Source of the DNA: an uncultured delta proteobacterium
GTDB taxonomy: Bacteria; Myxococcota_A; Polyangia; Palsa-1104
Length of the DNA stretch: 64,000 nt
Reading direction: 5' to 3'
NCBI GenBank assembly: GCA_963785725.1
Contig: CAWAWS010000047.1
Span: forward strand, 96,001-160,000
The translations under genes and the position numbers were made by a program. The first letter of the stretch is position 1, and the number at the start of each line of letters is the position of its first letter. The notes beneath the pieces were generated by a model, which saw only the letters and a list, made by a program, of their open reading frames with translations, was not told the origin of the DNA and ran no database searches. Shown one piece after another: positions 22,508-33,525 of this stretch.

Positions 22508-22765
22508 ATGCCGCGCACGCTCGGTCCCGGACTGCCCGCCGCAGGATTGGCGCTCGGCGTCTTCGGACTCGCGTTGTGGGTGGCGACGATCTCGATCGCG
22601 TCGCTCGATCTGCTCGTCGGTGGGCTGCTCGGGCTCGGCCTGGCCGCGGCCCTCGCCGGCTACGTTTTCGGCAGCAGCGAGCGCGTGCGACGGCTGTCCG
22701 TGCTGGCAATCGGCTGGAACGCCGCGGCCTTGGCCATCGTCGCGATCGTCTACACGGCCGCCTGA
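22508..22765 (+). CDS. Small membrane protein (about 3 TM)
   Basis: 85 aa, almost entirely hydrophobic, fills the gap between opposite-strand genes. Confidence 0.55.
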   Translation: MPRTLGPGLPAAGLALGVFGLALWVATISIASLDLLVGGLLGLGLAAALAGYVFGSSERVRRLSVLAIGWNAAALAIVAIVYTAA

Positions 22766-23781
22766 AAGCGGCGACCGATCGCCTGCGCGATCCCGTGCAC
22801 CTGCGTCGCCAGCTCCGTGATCTGCGCTGGCAGCAAGGACTGCGCACCATCGCACAGCGCCTTTTCCGGCTGATTGTGGACCTCGATGATCAGCCCGTCC
22901 GCGCCCGCCGCCACCGCTGCCCGGGCGACCGGCGCCACCAAGTGCCGCAGGCCCGTCGCGTGACTCGGGTCGACGACGATCGGCAGATGCGACATCGCCT
23001 TGACCACCGGGATCGCCGAAATGTCGAGGGTGTTGCGCGTCGACGTCTCGTACGTGCGGATTCCGCGTTCGCACAGGATGATCTGCCGATTCCCGCCGGC
23101 CATGATGTACTCCGCCGCCAGCAAGAGCTCCTGCACCGTCGCCGAAATGCCCCGCTTGAGCAGGATCGGGCGCTTCACCTTCCCCAAATCCTTCAAGAGG
23201 TCGAAGTTCTGCATGTTGCGCGCGCCCACCTGCAGAATGTCGACGTAGTTCAGCATCATCTCGATCTGCGAGCGATCCATCACCTCGCTCACGATCAGCA
23301 GATCGTGGCGATCGGCGGCCGCGCGCATGATCTTGAGGCCCTCTTCGCCCATTCCCTGGAACGCGTACGGCGACGTCCTCGGCTTGAACGCCCCGCCGCG
23401 CATGATCTTTGCGCCCGCCTTGGCCACGATCGGCGCGATCGCCTCGACCTGCTCGCGGTTTTCGATCGTGCACGGCCCCGCCATCAGCACCACGTCCGTC
23501 CCGCCGATCTTTACGCCGCGGCCCACGTCCACGATCGTGTCCGTCTCCTGGAACTGCCGCGACGCCAGCTTGAACGGCGACGAAATCCGCACCACCTTCG
23601 CCACGCCCGTCAGCACCTCGAACTGGCGAGGATCGATGTCGCGGTCGAGGATCCCCACCACGCCGATCACCGTCTGCTCCTTGCCGTCGGAGCGGTGCGG
23701 CTGAAACCCCTCCGTCTTGATGTGGTCCACGACCGAGTCGATCTGCTCGGCCGTCGCGTGAGGGGTCATGACGATCATCAT
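22750..23781 (-). CDS. aroF: 3-deoxy-7-phosphoheptulonate (DAHP) synthase, type I-beta with N-terminal regulatory domain
   Basis: AGPCTIE, RGGAFKPRTSPYAFQG, QVGARNMQNF, LKRG, CERGIRT, DPSH. Confidence 0.95.
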   Translation of the reverse strand: MMIVMTPHATAEQIDSVVDHIKTEGFQPHRSDGKEQTVIGVVGILDRDIDPRQFEVLTGVAKVVRISSPFKLASRQFQETDTIVDVGRGVKIGGTDVVLMAGPCTIENREQVEAIAPIVAKAGAKIMRGGAFKPRTSPYAFQGMGEEGLKIMRAAADRHDLLIVSEVMDRSQIEMMLNYVDILQVGARNMQNFDLLKDLGKVKRPILLKRGISATVQELLLAAEYIMAGGNRQIILCERGIRTYETSTRNTLDISAIPVVKAMSHLPIVVDPSHATGLRHLVAPVARAAVAAGADGLIIEVHNQPEKALCDGAQSLLPAQITELATQVHGIAQAIGRRFQAAV

Positions 23782-24153
23782 CGGCGTTCACTCCTGAAGG
23801 AGCGGCAGTATACCCCGAGGCGCTCCGACTCTCCCGTGCTTCGGAAGGACTCCCCGTATCTGCATTTTGGGCCGGCGGCGGCATCGAAGACGCCTGCGTT
23901 TGCAGGAATTCTCCGAACGAACGCAGATGCCAACCGACACAGCTGAGCGTGCGCCCAAAGCCGCTGATGAGCTCCCGCGGCAGCGTTCGCGCCTTTTCGA
24001 GGCGCATGCGCCAACGCAAGGCTCGCGCCTTTTGTCGACGAAAGATCTTCTTGCTGAAGCGCGGCAGCCAACCGCGCCGCTTGCGTCGAACGGGCGCTTT
24101 TATGGCTGGCTTCGACGCGGGTCTCGACTTCTTGCGCGGTGGCATCACGACAC

Positions 24154-24606
24154 CTACCGCAGCTCGCTGGGCGACACGAAGGGCGGCATCGCCTCGCGCA
24201 CTTCATCCGGAAGATCGGCACGCGCAATTGCCTCGTTCAGCCGATCGATGATCGCGCCGACTCCGTCGCTGAGCGTGCGCGCCTCCACCGCCGTGAGAAT
24301 GTCGACGCGCGCGTAGGCGACGATCGCCTGCTTGGCCTCGTGACACAGCCGCATCGAGACCGCGAGCCGCCGATACCAGCGCGGCAGCGACAGGCCACCT
24401 TGCGCGGCCTCGACGAGCCGTTCGGCGACATCGATGAGAATCGCCTGCAATCGATCGAGGTCGAGCGGATTGTCGCGCGCGCGGTGAACGACATCGTCGA
24501 GCAGCCGATTGACGGCTTCGAGCGCGATGTACGGCGGAAACTCCCGATGCGGGAACAGCTGATCGTGAGTCGCAGGAACGAGGAGCGTGGGTTTGTCGGG
24601 ACGCAT
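24154..24606 (-). CDS. Hypothetical all-helical protein, possibly a divergent four-helix-bundle protein
   Basis: About 150 aa with four amphipathic helices; FPH...Y..ALE start resembles four-helix-bundle proteins. Confidence 0.5.
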   Translation of the reverse strand: MRPDKPTLLVPATHDQLFPHREFPPYIALEAVNRLLDDVVHRARDNPLDLDRLQAILIDVAERLVEAAQGGLSLPRWYRRLAVSMRLCHEAKQAIVAYARVDILTAVEARTLSDGVGAIIDRLNEAIARADLPDEVREAMPPFVSPSELR

Positions 24607-24710
24607 GCCAGCGCCGTAAAGCAGGCTGCATGCCGCCGACAACTAGCTGGAATTATTTGGATGAAGTCTGAATTTTGTCCGGCAGGCGGACAAGATCCGA
24701 ATACCGGACG

Positions 24711-25028
24711 TCAGCCCGCTTCGCGAAAGGCGTCGTCGACGAACTTCAGCTCGCCCTGCGGACCGACCAAGATCACACCGCGCTGGTCAAGGCCGAGCTT
24801 CTCGGGATCGCCCACGTTCCACGAAATCGTCGTCGTCGCGCCCGGCGGGCCGACGACCGGAACGCCATCGATGCGGCCGCGTTGACCGACGATCGCGAGA
24901 CGTTGCCGGGCCACGAAACGGCCGTTGGAAATGGGGAAACGCGGCTCGAGCGGCTCGGCGCCGAACAGCGAGGCCGCGTCATCGGAGGAGAGCCGAACGA
25001 AGCGCGGCTGATGGGGCTTGCGAATCAC
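24711..25028 (-). CDS. Single-domain PduL-like protein (truncated, degenerate)
   Basis: RFVRLSSDDAASLFG...PIS..RFVARQRLAIVG..G....V.VVGP...D..KLG...GVILVGPQG follows the N-terminal domain of PduL phosphotransacylase. Confidence 0.62.
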   Translation of the reverse strand: MIRKPHQPRFVRLSSDDAASLFGAEPLEPRFPISNGRFVARQRLAIVGQRGRIDGVPVVGPPGATTTISWNVGDPEKLGLDQRGVILVGPQGELKFVDDAFREAG

Positions 25029-25072
25029 AAGTAGACAATAAGCAAAGGCACACGCAGCGTCAAACGGTACCG

Positions 25073-26983
25073 CTATACATCGATATCTTTGGCGTCGGTG
25101 GCGCGCTCCATGATGAAGCGGAATCGCGCCGACGGATCCTTGCCCATCAGCTCGTTCATGATGCGATCCGTGTCGAGCGGGTTCTCGACCACGACGCGCA
25201 GCGCCGAGCGTCGCTTGGGATCGAGCGTCGTCGCTTTCAGATCCTCGGCCGGCATCTCGCCCAAGCCTTTGAAGCGGCTGATCTCCGGCTTCGCATTCTT
25301 CGGCGCCTTCGCCAAGATCTTCTCTTTGGCGTCATCGTCGAGCGCCCAATAACGCTCCTTGCCGACCTCGATCTTGTAGAGCGGCGGCAAAGCCAAGAAG
25401 ACGTGCTTGTTCTCGATCAGCTTGCGCATGTGTCGATAGAAGAACGTCAGCAGCAGCGTCGAGATGTGATGCCCGTCGGAGTCGGCATCGGTGAGGATGA
25501 AGATCTTGCCGTAGCGCAGCTTCGTCTCGTCGTAGTCGTCGCCGAGCCCGCAGCCGAGCGCCGTCACGATGTTCTTGAGCTCGGCGTTGTTGAGGATCTT
25601 CTCGGTCGACGCCTGCTCGACGTTCAACACCTTGCCGCGCAAAGGGAGAATCGCCTGCGTACGACGATCGCGCCCCTGTTTCGCCGAGCCGCCTGCCGAG
25701 TCGCCCTCGACGATGAACAACTCCGACTCGTCGGGAGACGTCGACGCGCAATCGGCCAGCTTGCCCGGCAAGTTCAGGCGATGACTGACCGCCGTCTTGC
25801 GCGTGACCGCTTGCGACGCCGCGCGCGACGCTTCGCGTGCGCGAGCGGCGAGCACGATGCGCGCGATGATGCCTTCGGCGGTCGACTTATTCTCCGTCAG
25901 CCAGCGCTCGAGACCGCCGCGAATGACGCCGTCGACTTCGCCTTGAACCTCGGGATTATTGAGTTTGTCTTTAGTCTGGCCCTGAAATTGCGGATTCAGG
26001 ATGTAGACCGACAAGACCGCGAGCAGACCTTCGCGAATGTCTTCGGCCGTGATGCTGACGCCTTTGGGGGTCAGCCCGTGCGTCTCGATGAAGTTGCGGA
26101 TTGCTTTGACGACGCCCGACTTGAGGCCGGCTTCGTGTGTGCCACCAGCCGGCGTCGGGATGCCGTTGACGTACGAACGAACATGCTCGTCCGTCGACTC
26201 GGTCCATTCGAGCGCGATCTCGACACGCGGCTCGTCTTTGACGAACGAAAACACGCTCGACTGAATCGGCGGATGCCCGCGCTCGGCCGCGATCTTGACG
26301 AGATAGTCGGAGATGCCGCCGTCGTGCGCGAACTCGAGCTTCTCGCCGGTGCCTTCGTCGTGAAACGTGACGTGCAAGCCGCGATGCAAATACGTCTTGG
26401 CTTCGAGGCGATCGCGAACGTCGGCGGAGTCGAAGCGCAGCTTGGCGCCGAAGATCTCGGGATCGGGACGGAAGAAGATCTTGGTGCCCGTGCCTTTGTG
26501 CTTCGACTTCGTGCTGTGCAGCTTGCTGGTCGGCACGCCGCGCGAGAACGACTGCACGTGCTCTTGGCCGTCGCGCCAAATCGTCGCCACGAGCTCTTCG
26601 GAGAGTGCATTGACGACCGAGCTGCCGACGCCGTGCAAGCCGCCCGAGTGAATGTAGTTGCCCTGCTCGAACTTTCCGCCGGCGTGCAATGTGCCGAGGA
26701 TGAGCTCGAGCGCGTTCTTCTTGTACTTGGGAACGTAATCGACTGGGATGCCGCGACCGTCATCTTCGACGGTGACCGAGCGGCCATCCTTGTCGAGCGA
26801 GACCCAAATGGTCTTGGCGTAACCGTTGATGACCTCGTCGATCGAGTTGTCGACGATCTCCCACAATAGATGATGGTAGCCGCGCGAATCGACGCCGCCG
26901 ATGTACATGCCGGGACGCTTGCGAACGGGCTCCAGGCCTTCGAGGACTTGTATGTCCTGGCCGGTGTACTTGCGTTCAGCCAT
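25073..26983 (-). CDS. parE: Type IIA topoisomerase subunit B (ParE/GyrB family, probably topoisomerase IV)
   Basis: [59 protein letters not shown]; 636 aa, no large insert. Confidence 0.88.
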   Translation of the reverse strand: MAERKYTGQDIQVLEGLEPVRKRPGMYIGGVDSRGYHHLLWEIVDNSIDEVINGYAKTIWVSLDKDGRSVTVEDDGRGIPVDYVPKYKKNALELILGTLHAGGKFEQGNYIHSGGLHGVGSSVVNALSEELVATIWRDGQEHVQSFSRGVPTSKLHSTKSKHKGTGTKIFFRPDPEIFGAKLRFDSADVRDRLEAKTYLHRGLHVTFHDEGTGEKLEFAHDGGISDYLVKIAAERGHPPIQSSVFSFVKDEPRVEIALEWTESTDEHVRSYVNGIPTPAGGTHEAGLKSGVVKAIRNFIETHGLTPKGVSITAEDIREGLLAVLSVYILNPQFQGQTKDKLNNPEVQGEVDGVIRGGLERWLTENKSTAEGIIARIVLAARAREASRAASQAVTRKTAVSHRLNLPGKLADCASTSPDESELFIVEGDSAGGSAKQGRDRRTQAILPLRGKVLNVEQASTEKILNNAELKNIVTALGCGLGDDYDETKLRYGKIFILTDADSDGHHISTLLLTFFYRHMRKLIENKHVFLALPPLYKIEVGKERYWALDDDAKEKILAKAPKNAKPEISRFKGLGEMPAEDLKATTLDPKRRSALRVVVENPLDTDRIMNELMGKDPSARFRFIMERATDAKDIDV

Positions 26984-29281
26984 TTAGTCCTTTGTCTCCG
27001 ACTTATCGTCCGCGGCCGGCAGCTCGGGCACGGCCACCGGCGGTGTAATGACGCGCTCGACGCGCTCTTTGCGCGAGAAGATCTGACGGCCTTTGCTGCC
27101 GCGCGGAACGCGGTCTTTCTTGAGCGGCCGCACTTCTTCCGTCCGTCCCTTGTCGCTCTCGAGGACGAGCGGCTCGTTCACGGTGAACCCGACCACCGTC
27201 GTCGAATCTTCGTCGATCTTGATGACCGTGACGCCGCGCCCCGGATTGGCCAACAGGTTGACGTCCGCGACATCGCACACGAGCGCGTGCGAATCCTGCG
27301 TCGCGACGCAGAGAATGCCGTCGTCGGGCGCCGCGCGAACGCCGACGATTTCGTCACCGTCGGCGACGCGGGCGAAGCGTCGTCCGGCGCGCGTCGAGAT
27401 CTCGCTGTGCGGCGCCAATGCGAAGCGCAATCCGTAGCCGGCCTTGGTGATCGCCACCAAGTTCTCGTCCTTCGGCTTCATGCGTTCGTCGAGCGAGAGC
27501 GCCCACACCACACGCTCACCGTCCTTGAACTTGAACAGCTTTTGCACCGGATCGCCGTAGCCGGTCGACGCCGGAATATCGACGATCTTCGCGACATAAG
27601 CCGATCCGAAGTTGGTGAAGAAGGCGATGGCGCTGCGCGTGTTGCCGGCGAGCACGTCCATGACCGAGTCGCCCTCGCGCACGCGCGTCGACGAAGCGTC
27701 CTTGAGCTCGCGCACGCGCTTGACCCAGCCGTCGCGCGTCAAGATGACGTTGGCGTCCTCATCGACGATGTACGCGTCCGGATTGAATTCAGGCTCGTCC
27801 GACGAGACGCTGATCTTCGTCTTCCGCTTGTCGCCGTACTTGGTGACGATCTCTTGCAGCTCGTCTTTGACGACCGTCCAACGACGCGCGTCGCTCTTCA
27901 ACAACGTCTCGAGCCGATTCGCCTCTTTGCGCTTTTCTCCGAGCTCTTTTTGGATCAGCAGGATCTCGAGCCGCGCCAACCGATACAGCTTGAGCTCGAG
28001 GATGGCGTCGACCTGCTCCTCGTCGAGCTCGAAGCGCTTCATCAGCTTTTGCGCCGCGTCCGCTTTGCCTTCGGACTTGCGGATGATGCGGATAACTTCG
28101 TCGAGCGCGTCGTAAACCTTGGCGTAGCCCTCGAGAATGTGAATGCGCCCGTTCAGCGCGTCCAAGTCGAAGCGAAAACGACGCGTAACGACCTCGAAGC
28201 GGAACTCGAGGAAATGGCGCAGACACGCGCGCAGATTCAGCCGCTCCGGCCGGCCGACTTCGGGATTGTCCGTCGGCACGAGGCAGGTCAGGTTGACCTG
28301 CACGTTGTTCTGTAGCGCCGTGTTCTTGTACAGGTACGCCATCACCAGCGCGGCGTCGGCGTCCTTCTTGATTTCGAGCTCGATGCGCACGTCAGTGGTC
28401 GACTGATCGAGCACGTCGACGAGCTGCGGCAGCTTACGTTCGCGAATGATCTCGCCGATCTTCTCGACGATCGCCTGCTTCGTCGGGCCGTACGGAATCG
28501 ACGTGATGACGATGAGCTGGTTCTTCTTCGTCTTCGATTCCTCGAGATCCCATTCGCCGCGCAACTTGAACGAGCCCGAGCCCGACTCGTAGATTTCCTT
28601 GAGATCGCGTTTCGACGCCAGCACTTGGCCGCCCGTCGGGAAATCGGGACCTTTGATGTACTTGAGCAGATCCTTCGAATCCAGCGCCGGATCGTCGATG
28701 AGCGCCATGCAGGCTTCGACGACTTCCGTCATGTTGTGCGGCGGAATCGAGGTCGCCATGCCGACCGCGATGCCTTGCGTGCCGTTGACGAGTAGATTGG
28801 GAAACTTCGAGGGCAGAACGACCGGCTCGGAGCGCGTTCCGTCGTAATTCGGCCGCCATTCGACCGTCTTGGCGCGAATCTCCTCGATGAGCTCGGCCGC
28901 CAGCTTCTGCAGCTTGGCTTCCGTGTAGCGCATCGAAGCCGCCGAATCGCCGTCGAGCGAGCCGAAGTTGCCTTGCCCGTCGACCAGCGGATAGCGCAGC
29001 GAAAAGTCCTGCGCCATGCGCACGAGCGCGTCGTAAATCGCCGTGTCGCCATGGGGATGATAGTTGCCCATGACGTCGCCGACGACCTTGGCGCACTTGC
29101 GGTGGCGACCGTCCGCCAGCAAATGCAGGTCATGAAACATCGTGTAGATGATGCGGCGCTGGACCGGCTTCAGGCCGTCGCGCACATCGGGCAGCGCTCG
29201 CGAAGTGATGACAGATAGCGCGTAGTTGAGATAGCGCCGCTGCGTCTCCTCCGAGAGCGGAATCGTCTGAATGTCCGGCAT
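26984..29281 (-). CDS. parC: Type IIA topoisomerase subunit A (ParC/GyrA family, probably topoisomerase IV)
   Basis: [29 protein letters not shown] (catalytic Tyr), short CTD with no canonical QxRGGKG GyrA-box. Confidence 0.88.
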   Translation of the reverse strand: MPDIQTIPLSEETQRRYLNYALSVITSRALPDVRDGLKPVQRRIIYTMFHDLHLLADGRHRKCAKVVGDVMGNYHPHGDTAIYDALVRMAQDFSLRYPLVDGQGNFGSLDGDSAASMRYTEAKLQKLAAELIEEIRAKTVEWRPNYDGTRSEPVVLPSKFPNLLVNGTQGIAVGMATSIPPHNMTEVVEACMALIDDPALDSKDLLKYIKGPDFPTGGQVLASKRDLKEIYESGSGSFKLRGEWDLEESKTKKNQLIVITSIPYGPTKQAIVEKIGEIIRERKLPQLVDVLDQSTTDVRIELEIKKDADAALVMAYLYKNTALQNNVQVNLTCLVPTDNPEVGRPERLNLRACLRHFLEFRFEVVTRRFRFDLDALNGRIHILEGYAKVYDALDEVIRIIRKSEGKADAAQKLMKRFELDEEQVDAILELKLYRLARLEILLIQKELGEKRKEANRLETLLKSDARRWTVVKDELQEIVTKYGDKRKTKISVSSDEPEFNPDAYIVDEDANVILTRDGWVKRVRELKDASSTRVREGDSVMDVLAGNTRSAIAFFTNFGSAYVAKIVDIPASTGYGDPVQKLFKFKDGERVVWALSLDERMKPKDENLVAITKAGYGLRFALAPHSEISTRAGRRFARVADGDEIVGVRAAPDDGILCVATQDSHALVCDVADVNLLANPGRGVTVIKIDEDSTTVVGFTVNEPLVLESDKGRTEEVRPLKKDRVPRGSKGRQIFSRKERVERVITPPVAVPELPAADDKSETKD

Positions 29282-29374
29282 GTCGCGCGCGCAACATAAC
29301 GGGTGAGCCGCGCAGGGTCAAATGCCCTGGCAGGTCGCAACCCAATGTGTCGACGGTGAATTGGTACGAGAGGA

Positions 29375-30073
29375 CTACGTGTTGGGGACGGACTTGCGCT
29401 TCTTGCCGTGCGGATGACCCATGTCACTCGAGCCGGGCGGCGAGTAGTCGATCCAGCGGTACGAAGGCTCTGGGCGGATGTCGACGTGCACGAAACCGCC
29501 GCGCGGATAGATCCCGATGCCCATGCCGCCCGTGTCGAGCGACTCGACATACTTGTGCAGCACCTTCTCGTTCACGCCCGGAATGCGAATATCGGAGGCT
29601 GAGCCGTGGAAATGGAACGACGAGGTGCGCTTCTGGTTGCGGAATCCCGACACCAGCTCGATGCGCTTACCGAAGTGGTCATATACGCGCGAGAGCATCT
29701 CGAACAGGCGCGGATCGATCGCTTTCTCGGTGCCCGTCCGCTTGCAGCGCCAAAAATGATTCAGCTGATCGACGGCGTCATCGTTGAACGTGCCGTCTTC
29801 ATTGTACAGATCGACGTTGAGCGACTCGCCGAAGTTGACGGCGTAGAGCTCGATCTTGCCCGAGGGCTTGTCGAGCGGTTCGTCGCGAAGCTCGTCCACG
29901 GCGGCGAGACGGCCGGAAAACACCGCGTGCGAGCGGTGTTTTTTCTTGTGTCCCGCCTTGCTGGCGGCGACCGGCGGCGCGGCGTCCGCGTGTTCAGGTT
30001 CGTCCGCGTGCGCGGATCCCAAGCTCACGGTACCGGCGAAAACGAGCGCTGCAAACCAGGCTGACTTCTCCAA
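29375..30073 (-). CDS. DUF882/YcbK peptidase M15 family protein, exported
   Basis: Signal peptide; IDPRL, LVSGFR, SFHFHGSASDI, GIGIYP..FVHVD (H-x6-D...H zinc site). Confidence 0.88.
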   Translation of the reverse strand: MEKSAWFAALVFAGTVSLGSAHADEPEHADAAPPVAASKAGHKKKHRSHAVFSGRLAAVDELRDEPLDKPSGKIELYAVNFGESLNVDLYNEDGTFNDDAVDQLNHFWRCKRTGTEKAIDPRLFEMLSRVYDHFGKRIELVSGFRNQKRTSSFHFHGSASDIRIPGVNEKVLHKYVESLDTGGMGIGIYPRGGFVHVDIRPEPSYRWIDYSPPGSSDMGHPHGKKRKSVPNT

Positions 30074-30275
30074 TGGCCTCTGCCTCCCGTCGTCTATCGT
30101 TACTGCCTGTCGCGTGACGTACCCATCGGATCGGCCAAGATCGTTGTGGGCGCGAGAACCACAGAAGCACCTACATCCTGAGTGGTCCTCTAGGGTTAGC
30201 CCCTATTCACACAATACTTTTTCGACAGTACCGAGATACGAAGAGCCCCGTCAAGGGAAAATATATGCTGTGGCG

Positions 30276-30734
30276 TCAGGGGTTTGCCTTAGAGGGCGCG
30301 CCCTCGAGGTTGAAAGGCAGATGCTGGAGCTCGATATTTAGCTGTTTGGCGACGTCGAAAATTCGGTTGTCGCGATAGAACTCGCCGTAGACGATGCGAC
30401 GAATTCCCGAGTTCGCGACCTGCTTGAAGCAACTCCAGCAAGGCGACGCGGTGACGTAGATGGACGAGTCGTCGATGGCGACGCCGTTCTTGGCCGCTTG
30501 CAGGATCGCGTTCGACTCGGCGTGAATCGTCGCGACGCAGTGGCCCTCTTCCATCATGTGGCCGACCTCGGAGCAGTGTGGCATGCCGCGAATCGACCCG
30601 TTGTAGCCCGTCGACAAGATCGTCTTGTCGCGCACGATGACGGCGCCGACGAACTTGCGGTCGCACGTCGATCGCGACGAGACGACGCGAGCGATGTTCA
30701 TGAAGTATTCGTCCCAAGATGCGCGCGGTTGCAT
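30276..30734 (-). CDS. dCMP deaminase (ComEB family)
   Basis: SWDEYFM, RSTCDR..VGAVIV, GYNG, HAESNA, PCWSC. Confidence 0.92.
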   Translation of the reverse strand: MQPRASWDEYFMNIARVVSSRSTCDRKFVGAVIVRDKTILSTGYNGSIRGMPHCSEVGHMMEEGHCVATIHAESNAILQAAKNGVAIDDSSIYVTASPCWSCFKQVANSGIRRIVYGEFYRDNRIFDVAKQLNIELQHLPFNLEGAPSKANP

Positions 30735-30857
30735 GGCGCGAATGATACGAACCGTTTGCCGTCCAGGCGAGCCGAATCTGCCGCGTGTCACCGAACTGCA
30801 GATCGCGAGGAACCGCGGACACCGCCAGCCGGTCACATCGCGGTCCTGCGAGCGCGT

Positions 30858-31472
30858 TTACGTCGCAGGGAGGGCCGCCGTGTTGACGGCCATCAGGTCG
30901 TGAACGCGCGACCGAGCCTGACGAAGCGTGCGCGCGATGTCGCCGCGACCGAGCACGTGACGGCAGCTTTGGCCGACGCTGACTCCGGCGCGTGCGGCCT
31001 GACTGAAGCATTGGACGCGTAAATAGTAAGCGCCGTGAACGCCGCGCTTGGCGTAGCGAACGCCCGAGTTGTAGTGGTTGAGCCGGCAGCGGTCGAAGTC
31101 GACATGTCCACTACACGCGGCACTGTATTCCTTCAGCTCGCGCGCCGCTTCTTGGAACGCGAGCCAATACGAACGACGGAGCTGCTTACACGTGAACTTC
31201 GTGATCGTCACACGGGTCTGCGTCAAGCCGCAGTCCTTGCCATCGGGACCTTTGATGTCCTCGACGAAGTCCGACTCGTTGCGCGCGACGCCGATGAGCT
31301 CGAACGGATCTATGCCCGCGCGCTCGCCGTGATAGGTCGCAGCGACGGCATATTGAGCGGCTTTTTCGTACGAAAGCGGCACTCCCGGAGCTTGGATCGC
31401 GTAGATTCCTGCGCTCAGCTGCAGCAAGGTCGTGAGCTTGACGACGGTGGCTAAGTATAAGTCGACGTGCAT
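30858..31472 (-). CDS. Lytic transglycosylase (SLT-like) protein
   Basis: GIDP...ARNESDF (catalytic Glu), GLTQ, HYNSG; GGAGG RBS before ATG 31472. Confidence 0.72.
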   Translation of the reverse strand: MHVDLYLATVVKLTTLLQLSAGIYAIQAPGVPLSYEKAAQYAVAATYHGERAGIDPFELIGVARNESDFVEDIKGPDGKDCGLTQTRVTITKFTCKQLRRSYWLAFQEAARELKEYSAACSGHVDFDRCRLNHYNSGVRYAKRGVHGAYYLRVQCFSQAARAGVSVGQSCRHVLGRGDIARTLRQARSRVHDLMAVNTAALPAT

Positions 31473-31499
31473 GACGATCGTCCTCCGCACACACGCCAT

Positions 31500-31515
31500 C
31501 GCAACCGACGTGCCG
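31500..31515 (-). promoter_or_regulatory. Sigma54 -24/-12 promoter
   Basis: Minus strand CGGCACGTCGGTTGCG upstream of the SLT gene RBS. Confidence 0.72.
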
Positions 31516-31645
31516 AGGTGATGAATCGGGCGACAGACGCCATGTGCAACGGCCGCGACAGAAAATGGAGAACCGCAATTCCACTACAACGGCGACGCAG
31601 CGACGCAAAGAGGCGCCCGTGAACGCCGCAGCCTATACTTCGCAC

Positions 31646-33466
31646 GTGAGAAGCTTGTGCACGCTGGCGGTGGCCCTTGGGTCGCTGACGGCGCAGGCGG
31701 GGACGCTGCCGGAGCCAGAGCTGGCGGTGGAAAACGGGCGGGGATTCATCGTGCGCGGCGACGATCGCATGGAGGTCGCGGCGCAGCTCCTGTTCGATCA
31801 TCGGCAGAGCTCGACGGCGAGCGGCGGGCCGCGCACGCAGCCGATTCGCTGGAAAGCCGACGCGACCGCGACGTTGACGACACCTGATGGCGCACTCGAT
31901 GTCGTGCTCAAGCTCGAACGCAGCGATCTGGGCACGATCACGCTGACCATCGACGGCGCCTGGCGACGACCGACGTGGGTGCATTTGGCCGCGATCGAGG
32001 TCACGCTGCCAGCCGATGCGGTGACGTTGCTGGGGCGCGATCTTTTGCCCACTACTGCCCCGCCGCTGGCGCTTTTGGAGAGATTCGATCCTAAGTGGAT
32101 CGCAGTAAAACGCGCTGCCGGCGGTTACGCGCTAGCGATCGATGACGATGTCGACGGCGTGCAGGTTCGACCGAGCGCGGGACGCGTGACCGTGCGCGTC
32201 GAGCTGGAAGCGACCGAGGCGCGCCCGTTCATGCATGACGCGGCCTGTACGAACGAATGGCGGGCGCCGAATCATCACCTGCCGATCCCAGCGCGTTTGC
32301 GCGCCAGCGATGAGCCGGTTCACGCGCGCTTGCAGTGGATTCCCGATCCTCCGCCGATGTTGGCCAAAGCGCACTTCCCCGAAGGTCGGCGCGCGGCGTT
32401 CACGATTACGGATCACGCGGATCAATCGTCGGCGCGCACGTTGGCGGCGTTGGCGCGCGGCAGCAGCAACCAGCAGTCGGCGACGATGGGGCTGTTGGCG
32501 CATCATCTGTCGATCACGAAGTCGCTGTTCGCGCACGGGACGGATCGGCCGCAGCTCGAAGATCCCGAAGTGGTCAAGCTCGCCGATGAGCTGCACGCAG
32601 CGGGTTCGGAGATCGTGCCCCACTCCGCCACGCCGAAGCGCGACGATCGCCCCGTGACGATCGCCGCGCTCGAGACATTCTCGCGTTGGCAGGCGCGCAC
32701 CTGGATCGATCATCAGCCGGAGACGAACTGCGAAGCATTCGGCGATCTCGGGTTTCATACGACCGGTCGCTTCGCGATTGCCGATCTGTTGGCAGCGCAC
32801 GGCTACGACTATGTTTGGGCGGAAGTCGATCTCGAAGCCGGTCCGCTCAATTTGCTGCGCTCGGATCGGTTGGGACAGCGCGCGCCGACGGTCTGGCCGA
32901 TCGGCCGGCTCGATCTCGGCGGGCCGGCGGCTTTGTGGATGTTTCGATCGCAGTGGGCGTTTCTCGAGGCGAAACACTTCTACGCCATGTATTCGCCGGC
33001 AGCGCTCGACCGGCTGGAGCAAGAGCGCGGGCTACACATCGCGCACACGTATTTGGAGACGTATCACCCGCCGCGAACGAAGTTCGGCCTCAAGAATCTG
33101 CTCGTGCCAGTGGATCCACACAACAAGCCCGGTGGAACGGGGCCGGTGACGTTGGCGCCCGATTTCGAGCGGCTGCTGGCGGCGCTGCAGGCGCGTCAAG
33201 ATCGCGGCACGCTGTGGGTTACGCCATTGGCGACGTTGGCCGATCGGCTGCGGTTGATGGCAGCCGTGAAGGTGAGCGTCGGCGCGGATCACCGCGTGCT
33301 CGTGCAAACGCCGGTGCCGGTCGCGGGCGCGACGTTCGTCGTCGCGCGACCGGATGCGCCGGTGCGCATGAACGGCGAATTGCCGAGCGGCGTTCGGACG
33401 GAAGCTGGCGAGACTTGGTTTTGGGGCGATCTGCCGGCAGGCGACAGCATCATCACCGTCGAATAG
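31646..33466 (+). CDS. Exported protein with a divergent polysaccharide deacetylase (NodB-like) domain
   Basis: Signal peptide MRSLCTLAVALGSLTAQA; FPEGRRAAFTITDHAD, GSEIVPHS, LWVTPLATLA pattern of CE4-like folds. Confidence 0.55.
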   Translation: MRSLCTLAVALGSLTAQAGTLPEPELAVENGRGFIVRGDDRMEVAAQLLFDHRQSSTASGGPRTQPIRWKADATATLTTPDGALDVVLKLERSDLGTITLTIDGAWRRPTWVHLAAIEVTLPADAVTLLGRDLLPTTAPPLALLERFDPKWIAVKRAAGGYALAIDDDVDGVQVRPSAGRVTVRVELEATEARPFMHDAACTNEWRAPNHHLPIPARLRASDEPVHARLQWIPDPPPMLAKAHFPEGRRAAFTITDHADQSSARTLAALARGSSNQQSATMGLLAHHLSITKSLFAHGTDRPQLEDPEVVKLADELHAAGSEIVPHSATPKRDDRPVTIAALETFSRWQARTWIDHQPETNCEAFGDLGFHTTGRFAIADLLAAHGYDYVWAEVDLEAGPLNLLRSDRLGQRAPTVWPIGRLDLGGPAALWMFRSQWAFLEAKHFYAMYSPAALDRLEQERGLHIAHTYLETYHPPRTKFGLKNLLVPVDPHNKPGGTGPVTLAPDFERLLAALQARQDRGTLWVTPLATLADRLRLMAAVKVSVGADHRVLVQTPVPVAGATFVVARPDAPVRMNGELPSGVRTEAGETWFWGDLPAGDSIITVE

Positions 33467-33525
33467 TCGACGGACGCCACGAGATCACGAGGACGTGCGT
33501 TCGTCGTCCGCGCGGCGTAGGCAGC

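Noticed and set aside
21203..24148. 981-aa ORF in the track as one protein
   Set aside because: The middle is an off-frame Arg/Gly-rich read of aroF; only 21203..22447 is a convincing gene with its own signal peptide and promoter box
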